Positions 19,869 through 29,753 of a stretch of DNA of 64,000 bases are shown here, piece by piece. The position numbers were made by a program, and so were the translations under genes. The stretch's first letter is position 1, and the number at the start of each line of letters is the position of its first letter. The notes under the pieces are model-generated. The model ran no database searches, had not been told where the DNA came from, and was given only the letters and a program-made list of their open reading frames with translations. Location of the stretch: IMG/VR virus record IMGVR_UViG_3300028735_000003, positions 289,766-353,765 of that record; one strand, written 5' to 3'.

Positions 19869-20018
19869 TCACAACTGAATAAACCAAGATGTTTCTATTA
19901 TTTCAAATCTATATTCGACAACTTTATTTACTCCAAGCCAGACATTATAGCCATGTTCTGCAATAATTCCATTCAGTTTTCTACTATATGTAGAATTATC
20001 TTGCAATGAGTTAATAAC
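19869..20018 (-). pseudogene. C-terminal relic of a class I methyltransferase
   Basis: Start-less frame ...NGIIAEHGYNVWLGVNKVVEYRF...SWF resembles the GGiIagHDY..GV..AV.E C-terminus. Confidence 0.5.
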
Positions 20019-20020
20019 AT

Positions 20021-20584
20021 TTACTTTTCAAAAATCATAATAGTATTTTTAAACCACGGAGCAGAATTATCGATACAAGATCTTGCGCTTAAGCTGTCTT
20101 GTTCTAAATATTTAAAGCCTCTATCAGTCATCTTTTTTATAACTTCATGATTATCATAACAATTAACATGACCATATCCTGGTTGATTTCTTATTGCCCA
20201 TGACATTATTAATTTACCATTACAACACGATGATACATTATTTAATAATGTATCTTCAAATTGTGCTGGAACATGTTCAGCAACTTCCAGAAAAATACAA
20301 TTACCCTTATCAGTAACAGTAAAAGATTTCGTTAAATCTTGTTGTTTAATATTTTGAAATACTTTTTGTTTTGGAATATCACCCTCAAACCCAGTTAAAT
20401 TCTTAAAGCCAGCTTTTTGTAAAGCTAATAAATAATTACCAAGTCCGCAACCCAAATCATATAATGGCTTTTCTTTGTCATCTTTTAGATATTCTATAAT
20501 CCATTTTGCCAATACAGGGCAATGAACATGATGAATATGAGCAGAATCGCCAGACCAAAATCCAGTGTTTGATATTACTGACAT
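20021..20584 (-). CDS. class I SAM-dependent methyltransferase
   Basis: LYDLGCGLG, FLEVAEH, QPGYGHVN. Confidence 0.85.
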   Translation of the reverse strand: MSVISNTGFWSGDSAHIHHVHCPVLAKWIIEYLKDDKEKPLYDLGCGLGNYLLALQKAGFKNLTGFEGDIPKQKVFQNIKQQDLTKSFTVTDKGNCIFLEVAEHVPAQFEDTLLNNVSSCCNGKLIMSWAIRNQPGYGHVNCYDNHEVIKKMTDRGFKYLEQDSLSARSCIDNSAPWFKNTIMIFEK

Positions 20585-21291
20585 TATTTTTCCTTAATCT
20601 TAGTTACATAACTTCTAGCCTGTATAAATGATTGTCTTATACTTTCCTCAGATTGAAGATAATGATTACCCCAACCATGTTGTTTATTTTCTGGGCTCAA
20701 TCTAGAAGCAAATAATTTATATCTTTCAACCTTATAATCTGGATTTATACAATTATAGTGATATGTCTTGTAAACATTCGTATTGTACTTAACTGCTCCT
20801 ATAGGATTACAATTATGACACCCATGTGTATATCTAATATCTGTAATAAATTTTTTGTTAAATAGATAAGATTTATCATATGGTGTACATCTAGAACCAT
20901 AAACTATTTTTGGTAAATCAAAATTATCTTCCATATTTACCATATTATAACCTTCGCCTTTTATGATTGTTGTTCCAGATGATTCTTCCATAAGAAGTTG
21001 TTGCTGATTGATTTCTAACATCTCATCAACATCACAAACAAGTACCCAATCTGTTTTTGCGCCCTTCCAGCAATTATTCTTAATTTCGAGATATTTGTTA
21101 TCATTAATCATGTTATTTGTATTGTAATATATTATTTCGCAATTATTATCCTTAGCAATTTTTACAGTGTTATCGGTGCTAAAATTGTCATATATTACAA
21201 TATGACAATTTGGAAATCTTAATCTATAATGGTCAATCATAAATTGAATTAAAACTTCTTCATTAAAAGCAACTGTATATATAGTAATCAT
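20584..21291 (-). CDS. glycosyltransferase family 2-like
   Basis: TVAFNEE, YDNFSTD, WVLVCDVDE. Confidence 0.85.
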   Translation of the reverse strand: MITIYTVAFNEEVLIQFMIDHYRLRFPNCHIVIYDNFSTDNTVKIAKDNNCEIIYYNTNNMINDNKYLEIKNNCWKGAKTDWVLVCDVDEMLEINQQQLLMEESSGTTIIKGEGYNMVNMEDNFDLPKIVYGSRCTPYDKSYLFNKKFITDIRYTHGCHNCNPIGAVKYNTNVYKTYHYNCINPDYKVERYKLFASRLSPENKQHGWGNHYLQSEESIRQSFIQARSYVTKIKEK

Positions 21292-21995
21292 TATTCTCTA
21301 ACCCTTATAGATTCTCTTCTTAATAAATCAAATTTGTCTTTAAGTTCTTGTTCACTAATAGTATAATGAATACCCCAACCGTGTTTGATATTTTCTTTAC
21401 TAAGTCTAGTGATATTTCTTTTATATTTAGACATTACAAATTCAAAATTAATAAAATGATAGTGGTACAAATTATATGAACAACAACTATATTTAATAGT
21501 GCCTACTGGATTACAAATATGACATCCTGCCTCATAATTTATGCTATGTATAAATTCTTTATTGAACATAATATATTTGTCATATTGCGGCGCCCGTTTT
21601 CCATACTTAATTGATTTAATATCCAAATTATCATTAAAATTAACCATATTATATCCGCAAGATTTGATAATAGATACTCCGTTATTTGCCTCTTTTATAA
21701 GTTGTTCCTGATTTATGTCTAAAAGCTCATCAACATCACAAACTATAACCCAATTATTATCCGAATTTTTCCAACAATTATTCTTAATTTCCAAATATTT
21801 TAAATCATTTATTTGGTTATTTGTATCAAATTGTAAAACTTTGGCGCCATTTTTTATGGCGATTTCTGGTGTCTTATCAGTGCTCATGTTGTCGTAAACA
21901 ATGATATTACAATTTGGGAATCTTTTTTTATAATGATCTATCGTAAATGGAAGAATTATTTCTTCATTATACGCCACTATATATATAGTTATCAT
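21291..21995 (-). CDS. glycosyltransferase family 2-like, tandem paralogue of 20584-21291
   Basis: VAYNEE, YDNMSTD, WVIVCDVDE; shared KYLEIKNNCWK. Confidence 0.85.
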   Translation of the reverse strand: MITIYIVAYNEEIILPFTIDHYKKRFPNCNIIVYDNMSTDKTPEIAIKNGAKVLQFDTNNQINDLKYLEIKNNCWKNSDNNWVIVCDVDELLDINQEQLIKEANNGVSIIKSCGYNMVNFNDNLDIKSIKYGKRAPQYDKYIMFNKEFIHSINYEAGCHICNPVGTIKYSCCSYNLYHYHFINFEFVMSKYKRNITRLSKENIKHGWGIHYTISEQELKDKFDLLRRESIRVRE

Positions 21996-22001
21996 TATAC
22001 C

Positions 22002-22700
22002 TCAAACCAAACACCTATATATTTCTCTAGTTCCAGATTGTTTGGATGTACCCAACAACTCAACAGATGAGAAATTATTCTTAAGATACACAATAAAATT
22101 GTCTTTATTGAAATCTTGCACCGTTGCATCTTTATTGAAATCTAAATGATGAAGCATACATGATATACAATCATCAGAAGGGTCAATCCATTCAACATAT
22201 AAAACATACTCAGTTAAATTTCTTAAATGTAAAACTACATTTTCTAGACTGCCAAGAAACCCTGAGCACGAGTATATCCAATGTATAATAGCAAAAGCAA
22301 ATACTGTGTCCGCTGGGACATTATAATTGGCAGCGTTCATATCAATACACTCTATATCTCGTAAATGAAAATACTTGATAAGATTTTTATTTTGAACTAA
22401 ATAGTCTGTATCTAAATCTACACCAGTAACTTTTGTAGCTCCATGCAGTTTAGACCAAAATCCAAAAAACATATTAGAACAGCCAAGATCTAACACTGTT
22501 TTACCACTAACATCATTAAATAGGTGTTGTTTTACCAAATCAAATTTCAATATCGTATTATCAGACATTGGAACAATTTCATAATTTGAAATAACATAAG
22601 ATTCATACCCGCCAACGATAAAACCATTTTTATACGGCTTCATATGCGGTCTTACTTGTTTCCAATCTTTATTAAGATTCAGTAGTTTGATTTCGGTCAC
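22002..22700 (-). CDS. class I SAM-dependent methyltransferase
   Basis: GKTVLDLGCSNMFF, VTGVD. Confidence 0.8.
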   Translation of the reverse strand: MTEIKLLNLNKDWKQVRPHMKPYKNGFIVGGYESYVISNYEIVPMSDNTILKFDLVKQHLFNDVSGKTVLDLGCSNMFFGFWSKLHGATKVTGVDLDTDYLVQNKNLIKYFHLRDIECIDMNAANYNVPADTVFAFAIIHWIYSCSGFLGSLENVVLHLRNLTEYVLYVEWIDPSDDCISCMLHHLDFNKDATVQDFNKDNFIVYLKNNFSSVELLGTSKQSGTREIYRCLV

Positions 22701-22702
22701 GT

Positions 22703-23206
22703 CTATTCCTGGGAGAAAATTTTCTTTTCAAAAATGTCCTTGAAATAATTGACGGCGGGCTTTTCTGTTAACTTAGAATCAACTTCATTGTCACACCCAT
22801 AATCTTCCTTAATTTTTGGACACCAGCCAAAGTCTATTATTGTTATCTTTCCATCTTTGACAAGTAGGTTGCCACATTTCCAATCGTTGTAAAAACAACC
22901 ATGCTTTAATAGCATAATATGAATATCAAATAACTGTTCATAAGCGTCTGCAGGTTTGTTTTCCTCACAGAGGATATCACCACACCATTCCATTACAATT
23001 GTGTGCGTTATAATGTTATATCCTAGTAATTTAGGAACACGACCAGTACGAGCTAGTTTCGTTAACCAATAAACCTCTCTTTGAAAAAGCTCATTAGTAT
23101 ATTCACCATAATCTATTGTTTTTTCCACAATATTATCTTCTTTGTTGATCCTTATTGTTGATGTATAATTATTTTGTGTAGCTTTTTCAATTTCTATGAG
23201 GCTCAT
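22703..23206 (-). CDS. protein-kinase-like fold small kinase (RIO/Kdo/APH type)
   Basis: EVYWL, YNDWKCGNLL, IIDFG. Confidence 0.8.
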   Translation of the reverse strand: MSLIEIEKATQNNYTSTIRINKEDNIVEKTIDYGEYTNELFQREVYWLTKLARTGRVPKLLGYNIITHTIVMEWCGDILCEENKPADAYEQLFDIHIMLLKHGCFYNDWKCGNLLVKDGKITIIDFGWCPKIKEDYGCDNEVDSKLTEKPAVNYFKDIFEKKIFSQE

Positions 23207-23221
23207 GTTAAATATACTCGA

Positions 23222-23395
23222 TTATGCGATTGGTGTATGCTTTTTCTTTATAACCACAATTTCAGGATCTTTGATAGTTTTAATAGGGATATTCGTGAAT
23301 CCGCATTTTTTACATTTTATTTTGTTATTCGAGGAACTATCACTATTCACTATATCTACTTCGCCTTTGCACATAATACATTTTAATATTTTCAT
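23222..23395 (-). CDS. small zinc-ribbon protein (57 aa, absent from ORF track)
   Basis: Manual translation MKILKCIMCKGEVD...KIKCKKCGFTN..., two CxxC. Confidence 0.65.
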   Translation of the reverse strand: MKILKCIMCKGEVDIVNSDSSSNNKIKCKKCGFTNIPIKTIKDPEIVVIKKKHTPIA

Positions 23396-23489
23396 TCATT
23401 ACCTACCGATATATTTATAAAATATCCATACCTACTTTTACATATATTTTAATACTAATTTTACCTGATTCTTTGTAGCAATTACTCAG

Positions 23490-23735
23490 TTACCACAATG
23501 TATAGAAAGAAGCCGCACAAGTCACTGCGCTTTCTCTAATCAATACATGTACATGTTTTAATGATTTGCGTATTAATGGAAGAACCAATGATTCATCCTT
23601 AACTTCCTCGCCAATGATATCCATAGCTATTGCTATAGTCTTTACGTCAGTTTTGTAACTGTTATTGATTAACTTGATCAGTTCTTGCGGGTTATTTTGT
23701 GCTAGATCTTTTAATTGTTTGCTAGAATAGCTCAT
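23490..23735 (-). CDS. small HEAT-like helical protein, possibly truncated
   Basis: LKHVHVLIRESAV resembles a HEAT repeat. Confidence 0.45.
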   Translation of the reverse strand: MSYSSKQLKDLAQNNPQELIKLINNSYKTDVKTIAIAMDIIGEEVKDESLVLPLIRKSLKHVHVLIRESAVTCAASFYTLW

Positions 23736-24327
23736 AGTTTGTATTTCTATTTATAGTGCGTATTTTTAGCGCGTATATGATAAACTTTCTGCAATTCGAT
23801 AACTAATGTAGTAAGATTACAGATAGAATAATTATACCCAAAATCTATCCTAAGCTTTTTAGGATAATTTATTAATATTACTAGAAGCTAACATTTTATC
23901 TTCTTTATTTATATATCTAATATATAATAGATCGTATGAGCACTGCAAAAATAACAAAATTACTACCATTTAGCTCTACATATAACACCCAAGAAATATG
24001 AAACCCTATCAACTAAATTACCTAATAAAACTATTTGACAATTTCTTATATTATAATCGGTAATCTTCAATAGCTCTGAGCGTGATTTGAATATCACTAT
24101 TTTAGGACGAAATCATAGTCAATTGTAACCAGCACAACGCTAGCGGCTTGTCCATAGCTATCCGAGACATTTGTACGATTAACACATAACCTGCTATAAC
24201 TTCTGCTTTTATAGAAATAAGATGCTTTTATAGAAATAAGATGAAGTTATTGCTGATACTCTTGACAGCATTCACATCTATCTGGCTATATTATCAGTAC
24301 AATGGTATATTTTTCATATAATGAATG

Positions 24328-24546
24328 TTAATTATCGTCAAATACTATCCTAGTAGCCCCTTCGTGTCCATGAATAAACAGAACATCTTCAATTGATTTG
24401 TAGATATTAATACTGGAATGTTCTCCACGCCAATGAAGAACTGCCTCGCCTGTATCAACAAAATATACACCTTCGCAAACAATACCAGTACCACTTACTC
24501 CAGAAACATCATTATCTCTTTGAAGATGGAACCTGCGCATAGACAT
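24328..24546 (-). CDS. conserved phage hypothetical protein
   Basis: RRFHLQRDNDVSGVSGTGIVCEGV pattern typical of small phage proteins. Confidence 0.7.
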   Translation of the reverse strand: MSMRRFHLQRDNDVSGVSGTGIVCEGVYFVDTGEAVLHWRGEHSSINIYKSIEDVLFIHGHEGATRIVFDDN

Positions 24547-25071
24547 TTTTTTATTCCTTATTTACTCCCATTATATCTTACTCATGTTATCACTAATTAT
24601 ATATTACTATAATATGCTCATATTTGGCAACAATATATTTGGCGATTTATATATCGTGCCAATGATTTCCATGATTTAATACATTATTAGTGAAAGAATC
24701 TCTAACAAATAAATGCCTTCATCCATGTCAGACATACCCATCCGCATCTCTACCAAATTCATGTCTTGCAATGTGTTTTTGGCTTGTTTCTTAATGTTTT
24801 CTATACAATTACTTGTTTTGTACATGGACGGTCCGATGAATGATTTTAAATTGTCAATGGTTGTAGCCTCGCCAGAATATGCGATATATACGGTCTCATA
24901 GCTTAACCATCCAAATAATTTCTGTCTAACCTTAGTGGATAAGAAGGTCTTTCTTTCATTATCATATACATCAACTCTAATGTATAATATTGATCGGTTA
25001 ACTCAAAGTCATCACAAGATTTACATGAACCTGCAATATTTGACATTGCAATACCTAAATCTAATATTCCA

Positions 25072-25791
25072 CTATATAACCAATAAGAATCGTTTCATCT
25101 TTGACCTCTTAACGCTTTTTGCAAACTTTTTAATCTCTTCTATATTATTCGTGGTCAATAACGCCTGTTCTATCTTATCTATATTTGATCTTTTAATCTT
25201 ATCTGCCAAAAGTCTCATATAAGTAAATGAGCCTGATGCTATAATCAGGTCCTCAATCTGTTCTAAATCTTTATAGCTTCTTATATGTTTGGCTAATTCA
25301 AACAAATATCTAGGTTTGCCAGATGATAATATGATATCTTTGAACTTCTTTATATTTGCAGTAGGAATATGCTTGATATACATATGAGCATATTTAGCAT
25401 TTTTTGATTTGATTATTAATTCCTCTAATGGTTTTAATTCGGCACCTCGAACAAAACAAGCAAAATTACAAATATATTTTATATTATTAGAATCTACTAC
25501 AATCTTTTGCAGCGCTTTAATGTCAGCATTTTTTATGTTTTGAGCAAAGAGATAAGAATATTTTGGATCTTTATTCCTGATAATTATTTGCTGCATACGA
25601 TAAAGTTTATAAGAATATTCGCATGCAAAAAAGTAAGCCATTGCAGAATCATTTGTTGATATGATTTCTTCTTGTAACTTTTCTAACCATTCGTAATTAT
25701 TATGATTAGCAATAAGATTACTTTCCTTAACTTTCTTTATCCATCTTAATGAATCTACGTTATAATCATTTTCAAACAGATATTTATTCAT
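25072..25791 (-). CDS. hypothetical helical-repeat protein
   Basis: About 24-aa periodic pattern (II.s.n.kY.y.FA..ik.adi..l). Confidence 0.65.
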   Translation of the reverse strand: MNKYLFENDYNVDSLRWIKKVKESNLIANHNNYEWLEKLQEEIISTNDSAMAYFFACEYSYKLYRMQQIIIRNKDPKYSYLFAQNIKNADIKALQKIVVDSNNIKYICNFACFVRGAELKPLEELIIKSKNAKYAHMYIKHIPTANIKKFKDIILSSGKPRYLFELAKHIRSYKDLEQIEDLIIASGSFTYMRLLADKIKRSNIDKIEQALLTTNNIEEIKKFAKSVKRSKMKRFLLVI

Positions 25792-26059
25792 AATAATTTA
25801 TGATCTTATGCCGAGAAAACCACCAGACTAGTGATGATGGATAAATTGACTATAGTTAAAAAATCTACTACCATACTGGTATATAACCAAACAGATATGA
25901 TCGCTACCAATAACATACGCAATAACTTCATCTCTACTGCTGCTAAAAGTCAGAGGGTAGAGCAGGCTGTATGTCAATCAGTCAAATATCTCGTAGATCC
26001 ATAGACGATATACCAGCCTTGTGTTGGTAGTAATTTATATATCAGAAAGTACAATAATA

Positions 26060-26097
26060 TAAATAGAAAAACCCGGACCTACATTAGATCCGGGTTT
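26060..26097 (-). terminator. intrinsic terminator after hsp20
   Basis: AAACCCGGA/TCCGGGTTT stem followed by a T-rich tract on the minus strand. Confidence 0.75.
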
Positions 26098-26113
26098 ACT
26101 ATTTACTCATACA

Positions 26114-26503
26114 TTATTTGGCGGATATTGGAATTTTCTTTGGCTCTTTTACTTTTGGTAACTGTTTTGGTGCCAAAGAAATTGATAATACTCCATTCTT
26201 TAACTCTGCTTTTAGAGTGTCAGGATCGCAACCATCTGGCAATGTAAAACTCTTATTCACAGAATAAGATGACGTTTTTGTTTTTCTATCGCCCTTGATT
26301 GTTAGTATATTATCTTCTGACAAATGAACGTTAATATCCGACTCTTGCATACCAGGTAAGTCAACATCTATATAAAATGATCCGTCATCACTCTTAGTTT
26401 GATTTATTCCCATTGGTTGGAATATATCATCAAATAACAAATCAAACATACTTCTGTACTCTGACTTTTTAACCGGCATAAATGGATTCCAAAGTGTTAG
26501 CAT
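26114..26503 (-). CDS. Hsp20/alpha-crystallin small heat-shock protein
   Basis: VDLPG, LTIKGDR, FTLPD, AELKNGVLSI. Confidence 0.93.
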   Translation of the reverse strand: MLTLWNPFMPVKKSEYRSMFDLLFDDIFQPMGINQTKSDDGSFYIDVDLPGMQESDINVHLSEDNILTIKGDRKTKTSSYSVNKSFTLPDGCDPDTLKAELKNGVLSISLAPKQLPKVKEPKKIPISAK

Positions 26504-26552
26504 TGTTTTTCCTTTCTGTGTAGGTTAAAGCAGTTAATATGCTAACTGCGCA

Positions 26553-27824
26553 CTAATATATATCAACCATTTTAGAGATTGATAATATTTTATCTAAAAA
26601 AGAATCTCCCCAAGTTCCGCCCTTCTTATTTTTTAAGATAAAGTCTTTCATGTCAGACGACTTTTGATCGAACATAGAGAACATAGGGGCTGGCCATATA
26701 TCCTTATGATCTTTAACTAATAGAGCAAATGTCTTCTTGTCTCCAGGATTTATTTGATCTGCTGTAGACTTTAAGATTTTGTATGCGTGATCATAATTTT
26801 TAATTAAAAATTGAACGTTTCTCTTAATATTTACAATTCTATCGATAATTTCTGGAGGTAATGCCGTAATCACATCATCTTCCTTTTCTGCCAATATTAA
26901 TTCTAAACAACTTCTTTCAGAGGTTCCAAGGATATTTCTTACCTTATTAAATGCCACATATGAGGCGTTTTTTACTTTAACCCTATTGAATTTAGAGTCA
27001 CGAACCACAATACCTTCATGTTCCAAAGGATTCTGTCTTGAAACCCAATCCAATAGATTATTCAAACACGCAAACTTATATGCGTGTACGTGTGGAATTC
27101 CATACGTATTGATTTTATCAATATCAAGTTCATATAAAGAAGCACATTGTTTTCCGTCAACAACCGTTTCCATTCCATTTCCAACAAAACGAGCGGCTAT
27201 CAAAGTTATCCTTGTTTCTTTATAATCAAGAACTATTCTATTATATGGAGATGTTAGTTCAAAACAGTAGGTAATTTCCTTATCTAGATTAGATGTAAAA
27301 TCATCAAAAGACATCCCGATTGTATCTTTTATCGCTTTTTCGAATAAAGATCTGAATGTATAGAATCCACTGTCCAAAACAATATCTGCTTCTGGAACAG
27401 ATCTCGTTGCCACACACCATTTTTTCGTAAAGCAATCAAAATACAATATAGTTAGCGTTCCATCTAATTTTTCCAAAAATGCTAGATTTGAATCAGACCA
27501 ATTGATTTTTGCCGCAGCGTCTTGCCCGTGATTAAAGAATCTCATCATCGGGAATGCTAGAATTCTCGTTTCACCAGGAACGATTGCATCATAAATTCTA
27601 CGGTTATCAACCTCAACAGATTGAGACAAGAAAGATCTTCCATCAACCGCTGCCAGGATAAGTCCACGACATTCTTGTGCTAAAGGGTTTGATTCTCTAG
27701 CCTCAAGTTGATCATAGTTCAGAGAAAACTTGTGCCCAGATTTTGAAAATGACGTATATACTCCATGTTCTCTTGCCAGATCTAAAAATGAATGCGTCCT
27801 AAGATATTCTTGTACTAATAACAT
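26553..27824 (-). CDS. T4 Rnl1-like RNA ligase
   Basis: Motif I EKLDGT, FELTSPYNRIV, motif IV EGIVVRD, motif V KVKN. Confidence 0.88.
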   Translation of the reverse strand: MLLVQEYLRTHSFLDLAREHGVYTSFSKSGHKFSLNYDQLEARESNPLAQECRGLILAAVDGRSFLSQSVEVDNRRIYDAIVPGETRILAFPMMRFFNHGQDAAAKINWSDSNLAFLEKLDGTLTILYFDCFTKKWCVATRSVPEADIVLDSGFYTFRSLFEKAIKDTIGMSFDDFTSNLDKEITYCFELTSPYNRIVLDYKETRITLIAARFVGNGMETVVDGKQCASLYELDIDKINTYGIPHVHAYKFACLNNLLDWVSRQNPLEHEGIVVRDSKFNRVKVKNASYVAFNKVRNILGTSERSCLELILAEKEDDVITALPPEIIDRIVNIKRNVQFLIKNYDHAYKILKSTADQINPGDKKTFALLVKDHKDIWPAPMFSMFDQKSSDMKDFILKNKKGGTWGDSFLDKILSISKMVDIY

Positions 27825-27830
27825 TGTATG

Positions 27831-28037
27831 TTATACCTCTCTATTCAAGAGGGTTTTTATCTGTTCAATATAAGATGATAAGTTGTCTATTCCATATATG
27901 TCTTTAGCTATCTTGTCAAATGTATATATATCTGACTCGCGATAAATCACATCCATATCACCTTGTAAGATGTGGGCATCTGCATTGCCGTGTGTCTTCG
28001 TTTTGCTTACAATATATTGTGATTCGTCACGTTTCAT
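27831..28037 (-). CDS. hypothetical protein
   Basis: 68-aa ORF downstream of predicted promoter. Confidence 0.5.
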   Translation of the reverse strand: MKRDESQYIVSKTKTHGNADAHILQGDMDVIYRESDIYTFDKIAKDIYGIDNLSSYIEQIKTLLNREV

Positions 28038-28048
28038 TTTACACCATT

Positions 28049-28076
28049 AATGTAATTATATAAAAATAGGCGTCAA
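28049..28076 (-). promoter_or_regulatory. sigma70-like promoter upstream of RNA ligase unit
   Basis: TTGACG-N16-TACATT. Confidence 0.5.
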
Positions 28077-28245
28077 ATTAATAAATGACGGTCGAAATTA
28101 TTTTTTATTCTCAAATTTATTGGGTTGTTCTCTGAATTTTTTGACTTCTTATTCCTTGAGCCCAAAATCATAGTAAGCTTTTTATATTGTTCATATGATT
28201 CCATTGTTATCTTCTTTTACTCATAATTCGTAATTCGTTATCCAA

Positions 28246-29247
28246 TCAAAAATTACCAGGAGCAACTTGCCAACATTTCAACCCTTTGGACCTCCAAAAA
28301 TCAACAACTTGCTTTCTATCATCTAATACCATGAGAACGTTATATTTTCCAGCAATATATTCGTTATACAGTTCTTCCTTGATGATAGAATCCTTACGAT
28401 TGTCACCAGTTTTCCGCATGATCAGGTCATACTTGAACGTTACGTTCTTATTTAAGAACGTTTCTGTCTGTGGTCTATACTTATCCTCACGACCAGAACA
28501 AAAGATCACATGATATCCAGCTCTTGCCAAAGCTTCAAGTGTAATTACAACGGCTTCATTTGGAGTATCATTATCAGCACTAGATGCATCGTAAGGATTC
28601 CTGATATGAGCACCAGGATAACGATTATCAAAAGAGCCGTTTTTTAACATTGGATTGAACAACGATATTGTTCCATCCAAATCACACACAACAGCCCAAT
28701 TCAGTTCTGGATTGTTATTTGTAACATTTGAATCGTTCATAGTTTGATTATAGTCCCCAAAAACTTCGACTCTGCCGTTATAAAACTTATGTTTTTCTCC
28801 GCCAGTTTGTTCCCACATTTTATGAATTACTTCTTCAGGGATTAATGCATAACCTTCTCGCTTCGCGTTCCTAGCGATTGCTTCATCTAGATCTACATAG
28901 AATGGTTTTTCCATTACCATACAGGATATTCCTAAATTTTTTACTAATTTACAGACATCATCGAAGTTTCTACGATTAAGATTAGTATCATCTATAATAA
29001 CATTTTTCCCACTTTTTAAAGCAGAAGTAATAATATGATTCCTAGTAGAAACAACTAGCCTCTCATTTTGTTGTGAGTAAACATAGTTTGACATCATAAT
29101 ACGAAGATCGTCCCTATTAACCCTTACAGTTCCAGTAGGATCCTTCTTTACTTCTTCTTTTGCCCAAGTAGATTTGCCAGAGGCGACGATACCTACAGTT
29201 AAGATAACCTTTAACATAACTTGGTCAGCTTTCGGTATAAAATTCAT
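28246..29247 (-). CDS. pseT: polynucleotide 5'-kinase / 3'-phosphatase (T4 PseT-like)
   Basis: P-loop GIVASGKST, RDDLR, HAD motif DLDGT, DDRKQVV. Confidence 0.92.
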   Translation of the reverse strand: MNFIPKADQVMLKVILTVGIVASGKSTWAKEEVKKDPTGTVRVNRDDLRIMMSNYVYSQQNERLVVSTRNHIITSALKSGKNVIIDDTNLNRRNFDDVCKLVKNLGISCMVMEKPFYVDLDEAIARNAKREGYALIPEEVIHKMWEQTGGEKHKFYNGRVEVFGDYNQTMNDSNVTNNNPELNWAVVCDLDGTISLFNPMLKNGSFDNRYPGAHIRNPYDASSADNDTPNEAVVITLEALARAGYHVIFCSGREDKYRPQTETFLNKNVTFKYDLIMRKTGDNRKDSIIKEELYNEYIAGKYNVLMVLDDRKQVVDFWRSKGLKCWQVAPGNF

Positions 29248-29366
29248 TTTTTAGAAAATTTCTTTGCTTCTACAGATTATGAATAGATAATAACTGATAA
29301 CACTAAATCATACAATGTTTGGTGTATATCATAAGACTATCTAAGAAAACTTAGGATCATACGACT

Positions 29367-29702
29367 TTAGTCGTTGGAGTATATCAGTGACTGCAATAAT
29401 GTTTCAAGCATTTCAATTGAATGCAAACCAACTTTAGTTTGCACAGCTTGCCCGTTATTAAATAAAATAATGGTTGGCACACCCCGAATATTATATTTGT
29501 AAGCAAGATCTGGAGAATCGTCGATATCTACCTTGACTACGTTAACTCGTCCAACATTATTTGCAAGAAACTTTTCTAATATTAAAGTTTGTCGCCTGCA
29601 TGGTCCACACCACACTGCGCTGAAATCCACCAATACTGGCAACTCAGAATCTAACACATTTACATCAAAGTTTTCGCTGTTAACTTGTAAAATTTGGCTC
29701 AT
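29367..29702 (-). CDS. trxA: thioredoxin
   Basis: WCGPC, GVPT. Confidence 0.93.
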   Translation of the reverse strand: MSQILQVNSENFDVNVLDSELPVLVDFSAVWCGPCRRQTLILEKFLANNVGRVNVVKVDIDDSPDLAYKYNIRGVPTIILFNNGQAVQTKVGLHSIEMLETLLQSLIYSND

Positions 29703-29718
29703 AATTTACCTACTCCAC

Positions 29719-29746
29719 AGTATGTATTTTATAAAATTATAGTCAA
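29719..29746 (-). promoter_or_regulatory. sigma70-like promoter upstream of thioredoxin
   Basis: TTGACT-N16-CATACT. Confidence 0.45.
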
Positions 29747-29753
29747 GCGGTGC

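Noticed and set aside
23174-23420. Plus-strand ORFs 23174-23386 and 23196-23420
   Set aside because: They oppose the operon direction and overlap a better minus-strand zinc-ribbon ORF (23222-23395).
24677-25041. Possible frameshifted gene on the minus strand between the 24328 and 25072 ORFs
   Set aside because: About 100 open codons without a proper start or recognisable motif; cannot be assigned.
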